A stretch of 64,000 nt of DNA from an uncultured Spirochaetaceae bacterium. GTDB lineage: Bacteria > Myxococcota_A > UBA9160 > UBA4427. Shown one piece after another: positions 1 through 8,625 of this stretch. Every line of letters starts with the position of its first letter. Positions within the stretch are counted from its first letter, which is position 1. A program made the position numbers and the translations under genes. The notes under the pieces are model-generated. The model made no database searches and was not told where the DNA came from. It saw nothing but the letters and a program-made list of their open reading frames with translations. The stretch is from the NCBI GenBank assembly GCA_964435795.1, contig CAYTAT010000006.1, forward strand, positions 67,513 to 131,512, given 5' to 3'.

Positions 1-58
1 GCTCTCGAGGTGCAAGATTCGACCAGGCGTTCTGCAATTTGGCCAGGAGTTCCGTCAA
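1..58 (-). CDS. gspM: Type II secretion protein GspM, N-terminal fragment (runs off window start)
   Basis: TTG at 58 overlaps the gspL stop (TTGA). Translation MTELLAKLQNAWSNLAPRE fits the W..L..RE N-terminal signature recalled from GspM/EpsM/PulM. Position directly after gspL. Confidence 0.45.
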   Translation of the reverse strand, partial: MTELLAKLQNAWSNLAPRE

Positions 59-1617
59 GAGTCTTCTCCCGCGATTTCGAGTGGAATGCTGAGACCAAAG
101 GTGACACTGCCATTCTTGAGTCGCTTGGCACTGCCGGTGACGTCGGCGCCGGCAAAGACCGATTCGGCCTTCAGGACGTTCTCCAGCCTGTCCTGTGCCT
201 CGTAATTTTCAGCAGATACCTTGATGCGGATGACTTTTCGATCGATGTTGATCTCGGAAAAGCGGACGTTCAGATCCGGAGGGATCTGGTCGGAGAGCAG
301 GGTCAGCAGATCCAGGGCCGACAGATTTCCAGCATAGAGCCCCAGGAAGTCGGCCCTTTCCCTGGCCGAGGCAACGGCTCCACCCAGCGCTGTGAGAGGT
401 CGGCTGGGAATGGCTTCCCCGGGAAAGAGGCCCGCGTAGGTGGCACTAAGTTGTCGCTCGAGCTTTTCCGCCCGCATTGCTTCCAGGCGGCCCGAAGCGA
501 TCCCCGAAGCGATTGCAAGCAGAATGCAGAGCCCGGCCAGGATGGCGGGAATTCGGAGTTCAGGGTTTCGAAGCCATTCGTAGTTGCTTCGGTAGGCGAA
601 TTCTCCCTGTCTGAAGTTCAAATGGGTGGTCGCTTTCGGGGTCGCCCGCAATGCGAGCGCAATGGCGGGGCCGAAGAGAACCGGGTCGCAGCCGGCCACC
701 AGCGCCGCCTTCTCGGAGTCTTCGGGGGCCGAGAGCAGTCGCACGCTCACACCCGCCTGCTCGGCCAGATATTCGTCGAGTCCCTGCAGATGGGCGCCGC
801 CGCCGAGGAGAATGACCTCCACGGAGGCCTGCCCCTGGCCGGGCTCCAAGGCGCCGAGACAGCGCACCAGTTCCCGGGCAATTCGATCGATGGCTTCCAC
901 GGCCTCAGGGCACGGGCCGTGCGTGTCGTCCCCGAAGACTCCATGCTCGCACTTTATTCTTTCGGCCGCCTGGAGGTCGACGTTTTCGCTTTGGGCAATG
1001 GCTTCCGTGATGGTTTTTCCGGCCATGGGGATGCTATGGGCTGCGATGGGCTGGCCCCCGGCCAGGGAACAGAATGTCGTCCGGCGATGACCGATGTCCG
1101 CCAGGATGCAGGTTTGAGGCAGATCGAAGACCGCGCTCAGGTTGGCGAGGGCAAGGCCTTCGGCCTCAAGAATCCGCGGAACGCAGCCTCCCTCCGAGAG
1201 ATCATTCAGGGCCTGAGCCACATCCCGGGGTTGCGCAATCGCGGTGATGACCACTCCATGGTTTCGGTCGCCTCCGACGAGTTGCCAGTCCATCACGATC
1301 TCGTCGATCTCGAAGGGCACGGCTTCTTCGAGTTCGAAGGGCACGGCCTGGCTCAATTTCTTGTGGTCGCGGAAGGGAAAGTCCAGCCGCCGGGCAGAGA
1401 TCCGATCCTCGGGGATCGCGCTGCAGATGCGGTCGCTCGAGAATGGATAGAGGCGCAGAAAGTGCTGAATTTCCTCTGCGAGTGTCGTCTGGCCCGCTGC
1501 GCGTTCATGGGTTCTCATCTGCACGCCTTCCAGGCCGCGCAGGGTCTGCCGCAACTCCACGGCTTTCAGGGCATGGGAGCCCGTGTCGAGTCCCAAGACG
1601 GTCTGCATGATGGCCAT
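55..1617 (-). CDS. gspL: Type II secretion protein GspL (PilM/actin-like cytoplasmic domain + TM + periplasmic domain)
   Basis: 520-aa ORF. N-terminus LGLDTGSHALKAVEL resembles PilM/GspL actin-like domains. Single central TM (IPAILAGLCILLAIASGIA). Sits after gspK by synteny. Confidence 0.8.
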   Translation of the reverse strand: MAIMQTVLGLDTGSHALKAVELRQTLRGLEGVQMRTHERAAGQTTLAEEIQHFLRLYPFSSDRICSAIPEDRISARRLDFPFRDHKKLSQAVPFELEEAVPFEIDEIVMDWQLVGGDRNHGVVITAIAQPRDVAQALNDLSEGGCVPRILEAEGLALANLSAVFDLPQTCILADIGHRRTTFCSLAGGQPIAAHSIPMAGKTITEAIAQSENVDLQAAERIKCEHGVFGDDTHGPCPEAVEAIDRIARELVRCLGALEPGQGQASVEVILLGGGAHLQGLDEYLAEQAGVSVRLLSAPEDSEKAALVAGCDPVLFGPAIALALRATPKATTHLNFRQGEFAYRSNYEWLRNPELRIPAILAGLCILLAIASGIASGRLEAMRAEKLERQLSATYAGLFPGEAIPSRPLTALGGAVASARERADFLGLYAGNLSALDLLTLLSDQIPPDLNVRFSEINIDRKVIRIKVSAENYEAQDRLENVLKAESVFAGADVTGSAKRLKNGSVTFGLSIPLEIAGEDS

Positions 1618-1641
1618 TATTCTATCCCTCCCCCCGAACCT

Positions 1642-2721
1642 CTACCGCACTCTCCACAATAGCAGGCGAGGCTCCTCCTGGTTCGAAATGTCCACGACGG
1701 TTTCCACCGTGCGAATGGCCTCTTCAACGCGTGCTTCGGCAATCACCCGGAAGACCAGGGCCTCGGCGGGCAGGGTGGTGGCCGGGAAGATGGAACCCTC
1801 TCCCAGGCCCACCTCCGAGAGAGTAATACAGCGGTCGGGGTCGCTCTCGGTCTCGGTGCATAGAATCCGATCCTCCCGCCTCTGCTCCAGAATGTTCCGG
1901 ACGATATCTTCATCCGCGAGCCGCATATCCCCGCTGCTGCCGTGATAGAGAAGGGAGAGTACGTGGGGCGGGGCGGTATTCACATTGATCCCCTCCTCAC
2001 CCAGCAGTGGGTAGACGGTGACGTAGGGCTTCAACGCCTCGGCGATCTCACTATCAAAGCCCTGAACCATGGCCAGCTCCTCGACGCTGAGCATCGGACC
2101 ATTTGTCGGCTGGTAGGGGGGAATCTGGTTCGCATAGTATTCATCTTCGTCGTGGCCCCCGATCGCGACGTCATCCTGATCCATGAAATCGATCAGATTC
2201 CGGGCCATTTCCCGGACCTCATAATTCCGCCCCCGGCCCTGTTCCTGGAGTTCTTCTCCGACCTTCTTCAGCACTTCGACGAGGAAATCCTCCGCTTCCC
2301 GACTGGCCTGACTCTCTTCTTCGGTCTGGCCCATGGGCACCAATGCGTTGAGGTTCAACCTCGATCCCGCGTCTTCGATGCGAATGCGAAGGATTCCTCC
2401 CCAGCTTGTTCGCAACTCGGAATCGCCGATCAAGGCAGAGGGATCGGATAGGAGGGCTCCGGCGTGTCGGTCGTTGAGTCTTCCGAAGATCTTGGACAGG
2501 CGGTGGTGAAAGACGACGGCGGTTCCTACCGCCGCCCCCCCCCGGGCCAGGGCAGTCGCAGCCGCGGAGTTGTCGAGATTCCGAATCAGCATCGTATCCA
2601 CCATGCTGCGGCGCAGGAAGGTGAAAGTCGATGCGGAGAGCAACAGCCCGATGATGAGGACCATCGGCAAGACGACTCCCCGGCTGGATTTGTCTCTGGA
2701 ATTTGTCATCACTGACACCAT
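1642..2721 (-). CDS. gspK: Type II secretion minor pseudopilin GspK
   Basis: Hydrophobic pseudopilin-like N-terminus (GVVLPMVLIIGLLLSAS) and the GspK-type motif INVNTAPPHVLSLL. Start set at ATG 2721, overlapping the gspJ stop; the track ORF extends to 2817. Confidence 0.8.
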   Translation of the reverse strand: MVSVMTNSRDKSSRGVVLPMVLIIGLLLSASTFTFLRRSMVDTMLIRNLDNSAAATALARGGAAVGTAVVFHHRLSKIFGRLNDRHAGALLSDPSALIGDSELRTSWGGILRIRIEDAGSRLNLNALVPMGQTEEESQASREAEDFLVEVLKKVGEELQEQGRGRNYEVREMARNLIDFMDQDDVAIGGHDEDEYYANQIPPYQPTNGPMLSVEELAMVQGFDSEIAEALKPYVTVYPLLGEEGINVNTAPPHVLSLLYHGSSGDMRLADEDIVRNILEQRREDRILCTETESDPDRCITLSEVGLGEGSIFPATTLPAEALVFRVIAEARVEEAIRTVETVVDISNQEEPRLLLWRVR

Positions 2722-3695
2722 GGCAGATCGATTCCAAAGGATCCGACCGACACCTGGGTGACATTTGACCAGACGCCGCAATTGCCCTCGCCGTAATTCT
2801 CCACGCAGAGCTTCCAATTGCGTCGCGTACAGTCCGCGACCGAACCGAGCGGGGCCGATTCCCCGGAATCGGATTCGTCGAATTCGTCCGAATCCGAATC
2901 TGAATCCCGATCGAAAACCTGCCCACCTGAGACTTCGGCCTGAAGTTTTTCTTCCATCATCAGGTGCAGATTGACGGGGCGCTGACGAAGGATGATTTGT
3001 CGCGTGTACATCGCTTCATCCTGCGGATGGAGTCCGCCATCTCGTTCTACTTCGGGGGACCAGATCGAGAGTTCGATTTCTACGGCGTGGGGGAGATCGC
3101 TCGGATGCTCGACCCGGGTCGAGTCCCATTCATCGAGCCACGCTCCTGCCTGATCGAGGAATCGAAGGGTGAAGGAGTTCAGGCCTTCGACCAGAACGAA
3201 ATTTCTTTCGTCGTCAAAGAGCGGGTAGTCGGTATCGTAGCCCCCCGCCAGGGAAGGAGACGTCCAGCGGTAAAGACTCAGGCTCCCGTCGGCTTCGGAA
3301 CGCGTCTGGTAGGCGACCTGCATCAGGTCGGATCGGTGATACGCAGAAGTATTTGCTCTCTGCCCTCTCATGATGAACTTGATACGATCCGACCCGGCGA
3401 AGGCTCGATGGTTCTCGGCTACGAAAAACCAGGGATCAGAGAGGGGGCTCTCCTCCGCACCGCGGACCATCATGGCCGCATTGCTGAGATCTCTCGCCAC
3501 CCGGTTGAGCGCGGTCGCAGCGCGCAGGTCCTTCTCGACAATCCGCGTCGCGCGGGTGCTCGAATCCGAGAGGTTGATGAAGAAGCCCACCGCGAAGGCT
3601 ACGATGACGGCGGTCAGAAAGATGGCCGCCATTACTTCCATCAGCGTAAAAGCCCCAATGGATCGCAACCTTCTTTTCGAGGTCGCAACCTTCAT
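2709..3695 (-). CDS. gspJ: Type II secretion minor pseudopilin GspJ-like, with acidic/Cys-rich C-terminal extension
   Basis: Prepilin N-terminal methylation motif (GAFTLMEVMAAIFLTAVIV). Synteny between gspI and gspK. 328 aa, longer than the usual GspJ. Confidence 0.7.
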   Translation of the reverse strand: MKVATSKRRLRSIGAFTLMEVMAAIFLTAVIVAFAVGFFINLSDSSTRATRIVEKDLRAATALNRVARDLSNAAMMVRGAEESPLSDPWFFVAENHRAFAGSDRIKFIMRGQRANTSAYHRSDLMQVAYQTRSEADGSLSLYRWTSPSLAGGYDTDYPLFDDERNFVLVEGLNSFTLRFLDQAGAWLDEWDSTRVEHPSDLPHAVEIELSIWSPEVERDGGLHPQDEAMYTRQIILRQRPVNLHLMMEEKLQAEVSGGQVFDRDSDSDSDEFDESDSGESAPLGSVADCTRRNWKLCVENYGEGNCGVWSNVTQVSVGSFGIDLPWCQ

Positions 3696-4330
3696 TCCAG
3701 CGCCTCCAGATCCATTTCCGCATCCTCGTCTTCCCGATCGCCCAAGCTATTGGCCGCTTCCTCTCCCTCGGGGCTCTCGTAGGCTTTTCTGGCAGATACG
3801 AGATCGAAGGCATACGAGGTACGGGCGATTGATCGGCGAGTCATTACCTCATCCCAACTCACATTGACGTGGATAGCGCGAAGATTGTGGGTAATCCCGG
3901 GCATCTCGGTTGCCAGAAGGGTTTGCATATCCCGACTCGGGGGTGAGATCTCGGAATTCTCGGACTCCCGGCCCGCGCTTTCTCGTAGAGCCGCCTGTAG
4001 CGATTTCTGCATGGCCGCCTGGGCTCCGGGGTTTCCGAATACAAAAGGGGTGATGAAAACCCGGATGGTATAGTCCCCCTCCTCGATCTCCTCCTCACCG
4101 CCTTCCGGAGCGCTGCCATCGATCGTCGATGCTTCGACCTCGGCCAGGAACTGATCCGCAAGCAGGCCCGCTTCCAAGCGTCTTCGACTTTCGCCCTGAT
4201 GCCGCAGGCCATCTGCCGCCATTGCGGCGATCACGACATACCAGATTCCCAGGATCGCAACTGCCGCGAGAACCTCGAGCAATGTGAAGGCCTCATGCCT
4301 TCTTCTTGTCGCGAGAGTGGGATCTTGCAC
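3692..4330 (-). CDS. gspI: Type II secretion minor pseudopilin GspI-like
   Basis: Prepilin motif EAFTLLEVLAAVAILGI. GTG at 4330 lies just after the gspH stop (4333); the track ORF upstream extension overlaps gspH. Assigned by synteny. Confidence 0.65.
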   Translation of the reverse strand: MQDPTLATRRRHEAFTLLEVLAAVAILGIWYVVIAAMAADGLRHQGESRRRLEAGLLADQFLAEVEASTIDGSAPEGGEEEIEEGDYTIRVFITPFVFGNPGAQAAMQKSLQAALRESAGRESENSEISPPSRDMQTLLATEMPGITHNLRAIHVNVSWDEVMTRRSIARTSYAFDLVSARKAYESPEGEEAANSLGDREDEDAEMDLEALE

Positions 4331-4332
4331 AG

Positions 4333-4953
4333 CTATTCCGGGTCCTCGTTGAGGCGAATGCGAATCAGGTCGAGCAGGGGCTGGACCTCCAAGAGAACCT
4401 GATTCTCCCATTCATCGGCCAGAACGATCTCCGCGTAGTCGGTGGTTCCGTCGCTTTGGAAGACGATTTGAACGGAGCCTCTCTCGATCCAGCCCTCGGG
4501 CGTTGCAACGCCGAGAAAGAAGGAACCCCCGCCCAGCCATTCCCTATCCCCGAACTGGCCGGGGATCGGAAAGTAGTCTCGAACCTGATCCTCGGGTGGG
4601 GAAAGGGAGATCGGCCCGTATTCCAGATCGGGCTCGGGGAGGGTTGCGGGCATGAAGCCATCACCATCGTCCATCTCACCGTAGGCCTCGGCCTCGCTGA
4701 CGTGCCAGTCGAGGTGGAGGCTCCCCTCTTCGAGATCCAGCAGGGCACGGTGGGCACGGCCCGTGACGATGGCCCGCTGTCGCGCAAGCTGCAGGAGAGC
4801 CGCCAGATCCCGCCCTTCCTGCTCGAGTCGCGATTTCTGAGTGATTCCCAGATTGGGCAACACCAGGCCCAGGGCCAGTCCAATCACCACCACCACGGCC
4901 ATGATTTCGATCAGCGTGAAGGCGTGGCTACGATGTCTCTGATCCGTTTTCAA
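4333..4953 (-). CDS. gspH: Type II secretion minor pseudopilin GspH-like
   Basis: Prepilin motif HAFTLIEIMAVVVVIGLALG. Located immediately after gspG. Confidence 0.7.
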   Translation of the reverse strand: MKTDQRHRSHAFTLIEIMAVVVVIGLALGLVLPNLGITQKSRLEQEGRDLAALLQLARQRAIVTGRAHRALLDLEEGSLHLDWHVSEAEAYGEMDDGDGFMPATLPEPDLEYGPISLSPPEDQVRDYFPIPGQFGDREWLGGGSFFLGVATPEGWIERGSVQIVFQSDGTTDYAEIVLADEWENQVLLEVQPLLDLIRIRLNEDPE

Positions 4954-4956
4954 GGA

Positions 4957-5442
4957 CTAGGCCCCTCCAGTCTCCTCCTCGTCCCAATTCCCAATATCCC
5001 TGTCCTGGTCGACGCCGCCAGGGGCGAGATCGGCGCCATGGGTCCAGAGGTCGAAGCCGTGCTCGTTATGACTGCCCGGTGATGCGTAGAGAAAGGGCTC
5101 ACCCCAGGGGTCCAGCAGGGCGTCCCTCTTCTTCAGATAACCTCCGGGTGGATACTGGCGGGGCTCGGGGGTCCCGGTGGGCTTTTCGACCAGGGATCGA
5201 AGGCCCTGATCGCTGGTGGGATAGCGACCGTTGTCCATCCTGTAGAACTCCAGGGCACTTTCGAGTTGAGTGATCTGGGCCCGGGCGGTGGCCAGCCTCG
5301 CCTTATCGATCTGAGTCTTGATGCTGACGCCGATGACACTCATCAGGAGACCCATGATGAGAACGACCGCCATGATCTCGATCAGGGTGAAAGCGCTATT
5401 CCGGCGCGTTCCGGGATTTCTCTTGTTTTCTTCTTCCCGCAT
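4957..5442 (-). CDS. gspG: Type II secretion major pseudopilin GspG
   Basis: SAFTLIEIMAVVLIMGLL followed by the GspG-typical KARLATARAQITQLESALEFYRMDNGRYPTSDQGLRSLVEKP. Confidence 0.95.
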   Translation of the reverse strand: MREEENKRNPGTRRNSAFTLIEIMAVVLIMGLLMSVIGVSIKTQIDKARLATARAQITQLESALEFYRMDNGRYPTSDQGLRSLVEKPTGTPEPRQYPPGGYLKKRDALLDPWGEPFLYASPGSHNEHGFDLWTHGADLAPGGVDQDRDIGNWDEEETGGA

Positions 5443-5502
5443 CGTATTGTCGCCTTTCTGCTTTGCGCCGGAGAGCCGAATTCCTCCCCGCTATTGCCTG
5501 GG

Positions 5503-6735
5503 CTATTGGAGCGAACTTGTGACCGACATCAAGGGCACGAGGGTGGCCAGCATGATGAAAAGAACAATGCCGACCATGACCAGGATCAGCAAGGGTTCGA
5601 GGAGGGCTGTGAGTCGGGTAATCGTGGCCTCCACCTGATCTTCGTAGATCTGTGCCACTTTGGCCAGCATGGTTTCGAGATCGCCCGCACGTTCACCGAC
5701 TTCGATCATGGTGATCACCATCGGCGGAAATTCTCCGCTATTGCGCAGGGGAACGGCCAGGGAGGCCCCCTCCAGGACATTGGCGCGTGCTGACACGATG
5801 GCTTCCTCGATTACCGAGTTGCGGGCCACGTGCCGAGCGATATCCAGGGATTGGATGATGCCCACGCCTCCTGAGAGCAGGGAGGAGAGCGTTCGCGAAA
5901 AACGCGCGACGGCGACCACCCGGGCCACTCGACCGATCAGAGGCAATTTCAGGATGAGATGATCCGTTCGAGCACCGCCCCTCTCGCTGCGAGCGTAAGC
6001 CCGAATGCCAAAAATGAGCAGGACGATGCCGCCGAGGACGGCCCACCACCAGTCGCGCATGAAATTGGAACTCTCGATGACCCAACGCGTGTAGAATGGC
6101 AATTCCTGGCCCAGGGAGAGCAGCAGGCCCGTGATCTGGGGCAATACCACGGTCACCAGCATGGCCACGACGAGTAGTGCGAATGCCAGCAGGCTCGCGG
6201 GATAGACGAGAATGGAGGTGACTTTACTCGTCAGCCGGACCTGATCCTCAAGGTAGTCGGCGACCTGCTCGAGAACTTTGTCGAGGGCTCCACTGGCTTC
6301 GCCTGCCCGAACCATGCTGATGTAGAGAGTGTCGAATTTCCCGCTGCTCCCAAGCGCATCGGCAAGGGCCGCACCTTCATTCACTTTATCCCGAACCTGC
6401 GCGAAGACGGATTGGAGGGCCGCATGTTCGATCTGATCGACCAGGGCACTCAGTGATTCGACCAGGGGAATACCTGCGTTGATGAGGGTGGCCAATTGGC
6501 GCGTCGCGATAGCCTGCTCGCCGGGGGGGATGCGCACGGGCAATTCAAAATGAAAGCGGGATGAGCGAGCCTTTTCCCCTCCGTCTTCTTGGGGAGTCTC
6601 CGTTTCACGGATATCCGTCAGGAAGATTCCGTCCACTCGCATTCGGGAGCGAGCGGCACGCAAGCTATCGGCACTGACCGATCCCTTGACAGACTTTCCG
6701 CTGCTCGCGACACCTTTGTAGGCATAAATTGGCAC
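5503..6735 (-). CDS. gspF: Type II secretion inner-membrane platform protein GspF
   Basis: 410 aa. N-terminus MPIYAYKGVASSGKSVKG is typical of GspF/PilC. Duplicated T2SS-F domains with TM helices. GGAGGGAAGAGG RBS precedes the GTG start. Confidence 0.95.
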   Translation of the reverse strand: MPIYAYKGVASSGKSVKGSVSADSLRAARSRMRVDGIFLTDIRETETPQEDGGEKARSSRFHFELPVRIPPGEQAIATRQLATLINAGIPLVESLSALVDQIEHAALQSVFAQVRDKVNEGAALADALGSSGKFDTLYISMVRAGEASGALDKVLEQVADYLEDQVRLTSKVTSILVYPASLLAFALLVVAMLVTVVLPQITGLLLSLGQELPFYTRWVIESSNFMRDWWWAVLGGIVLLIFGIRAYARSERGGARTDHLILKLPLIGRVARVVAVARFSRTLSSLLSGGVGIIQSLDIARHVARNSVIEEAIVSARANVLEGASLAVPLRNSGEFPPMVITMIEVGERAGDLETMLAKVAQIYEDQVEATITRLTALLEPLLILVMVGIVLFIMLATLVPLMSVTSSLQ

Positions 6736-6848
6736 GGCACCTCTTCCCTCCGAAGCCTTTTCCCGCTCAGCCTATTTCCACTTTCGCCGCCAGGCGGGCT
6801 CGCGACGTCTCATTTCGCCGAAAAAAGGGCTCCAAAATCGTTCCCGCA

Positions 6849-8591
6849 TCAGATCTGATCGACGTCGTCTTCTTCCTCTGTGGCGCGAATCAACTCGGCG
6901 ATTGAGGTGGTTCCCGCCAGGACTTTGCGGGCGCCATCGAGGCGAAGCGTCCCCATGCCCTTGGACACCGCTTCCTTCTTGATGGTTTTGGCATCTATAT
7001 TCCTGGAGACCATGGCCCGAATGGAATCGTCGACGAGCATCAACTCAAAGATACCCAGTCGACCCCGGTACCCCGTGTGGGCGCATTCCTGGCAGCCCTG
7101 GGCCCGGTAGAGGGTCACCTCCTCGTTGGGGTTGTCGAGACCCATTTCCCGGAATTCGTCCCCTCCGGCGGGGTAGGCCTCTCGGCACGCCAGACATAGG
7201 ACGCGGACCAGGCGCTGAGCGAGAACGCCCACCAGGGAGGAACCGACGAGAAAAGGTTCAACTCCCATATCGACGAGGCGTGTGAGTGCGCTCGCCGCGT
7301 CGTTGGTATGCAGGGTGGAAAGGACGAGGTGGCCCGTCAGGGAGGCCTGGATCGCGATGTCAGCGGTTTCTTTATCGCGGATTTCACCCACCAGAACCAC
7401 GTTCGGATCCTGGCGAAGGATGGCTCGCAGGCCCATCGCGAAGGTCAGGTTGATCTTTGGATTGACCTCGATTTGCCCGATTCCCTTCTGGGTGATTTCG
7501 ACGGGTTCCTCGATCGTGATGATGTTCTTGTCGGAGTCATTGATTTCGGCGAGACACGCATGAAGCGTCGTCGTCTTGCCGCTACCCGTAGGACCCGTGA
7601 CCAGGAAGATCCCATTGGGTCGGCGAATGATCCGCGCCAGGACCCTGGACTGATCGCTGCTGAAACCGATCTTTTCCAGATCGAGCAGGGCCTGGGAATC
7701 GGGGAGCAGACGGAGGACCAGCCTCTCCCCGAAAGCGACCGGTACCGTGGAAAGGCGGACGTCGTAGTCTCGTCCGGCGATCTTCAACCGGATCCTGCCG
7801 TCCTGGGGCAGGCGCTTCTCCGCAATATCGAGATTTCCCATGATCTTGATTCTCGAAGCAATACTGGCCTGGAGGCTTCGAGGCAGGGGCTTCATGGGTT
7901 CGTAGAGGACGTCGTCGATGCGGAAGCGGACCCGAATATCCTTCTCGAAGGGTTCGACATGGATGTCGCTGGCCCGCTCCTTGACGGCGTGCTGAAGCAG
8001 GGAGTTGACCAGGCGAATGATCGGGGCGTCATCCGTCGCCTCGAGCAGATCCTGGGGTTCGTGAGAGGCCTCGTCAGCCAGGGCATCGAGATCGTCCGAT
8101 GCTTCTTCGGCGAGTTGATCTGTCCTGGCAGCGCCATGGTCATAGACCTGATTGATGGCCGAGAGCAGGGTTCTCTCGCTGACCAGAACGATTTCGATAT
8201 CGTTCTGGTCGAAAAGAATGCGCAGCGCGTCTATGGGAGCTGTATCGAGGGGGTTGGATGTCGCCACGCGGATCAGCCCTCGATCCTCGTCGAGGGAGAT
8301 GGGCAGTACCCGATGCTGCTTTGCGAAGCTGATGGGAATTCGGGATACGAGTTCCTGATCCAGATCTTCGAGTTCGATGAGTTGCCTGACTTCCAGTCCC
8401 AGTTGCTCTCCAATACCGCCCAGGACCTCATCGGCGTTCAGCATTCCCTCCTCGAGCAGGATGTCCCCCAGCCTCTCATGGGTCTCATCTTGTCGCAGGC
8501 GCGCTCGGTCCAATTGGTCGGAGTCGAGTCGTGTCGTGCGCAGCAGGATTTCTCCCAGGTCCAGCGCGCCACTCTTGAGGGCCTCACTCAT
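6849..8591 (-). CDS. gspE: Type II secretion ATPase GspE
   Basis: Walker A GPTGSGKTTT, Asp/His boxes, and a tetracysteine region (CLACRE...CQECAHTGYRGR). Start at ATG 8591 (MSEALKSG), just downstream of the gspD stop; the track ORF 5-prime extension overlaps gspD. Confidence 0.95.
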   Translation of the reverse strand: MSEALKSGALDLGEILLRTTRLDSDQLDRARLRQDETHERLGDILLEEGMLNADEVLGGIGEQLGLEVRQLIELEDLDQELVSRIPISFAKQHRVLPISLDEDRGLIRVATSNPLDTAPIDALRILFDQNDIEIVLVSERTLLSAINQVYDHGAARTDQLAEEASDDLDALADEASHEPQDLLEATDDAPIIRLVNSLLQHAVKERASDIHVEPFEKDIRVRFRIDDVLYEPMKPLPRSLQASIASRIKIMGNLDIAEKRLPQDGRIRLKIAGRDYDVRLSTVPVAFGERLVLRLLPDSQALLDLEKIGFSSDQSRVLARIIRRPNGIFLVTGPTGSGKTTTLHACLAEINDSDKNIITIEEPVEITQKGIGQIEVNPKINLTFAMGLRAILRQDPNVVLVGEIRDKETADIAIQASLTGHLVLSTLHTNDAASALTRLVDMGVEPFLVGSSLVGVLAQRLVRVLCLACREAYPAGGDEFREMGLDNPNEEVTLYRAQGCQECAHTGYRGRLGIFELMLVDDSIRAMVSRNIDAKTIKKEAVSKGMGTLRLDGARKVLAGTTSIAELIRATEEEDDVDQI

Positions 8592-8625
8592 CACCGATCT
8601 CCGCGCGGTCTTTGTTCGGGAGTCT

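Noticed and set aside
10-1662. 550-aa plus-strand ORF antisense to gspL. Similar long antisense frames occur at 7308-8672, 9730-10887, 20414-21820, 23455-24221 and elsewhere.
   Set aside because: High-GC genomes produce long stop-free antisense frames. These have Arg/Gly/Pro-rich, low-complexity translations, and the opposite strand encodes clearly recognisable proteins.
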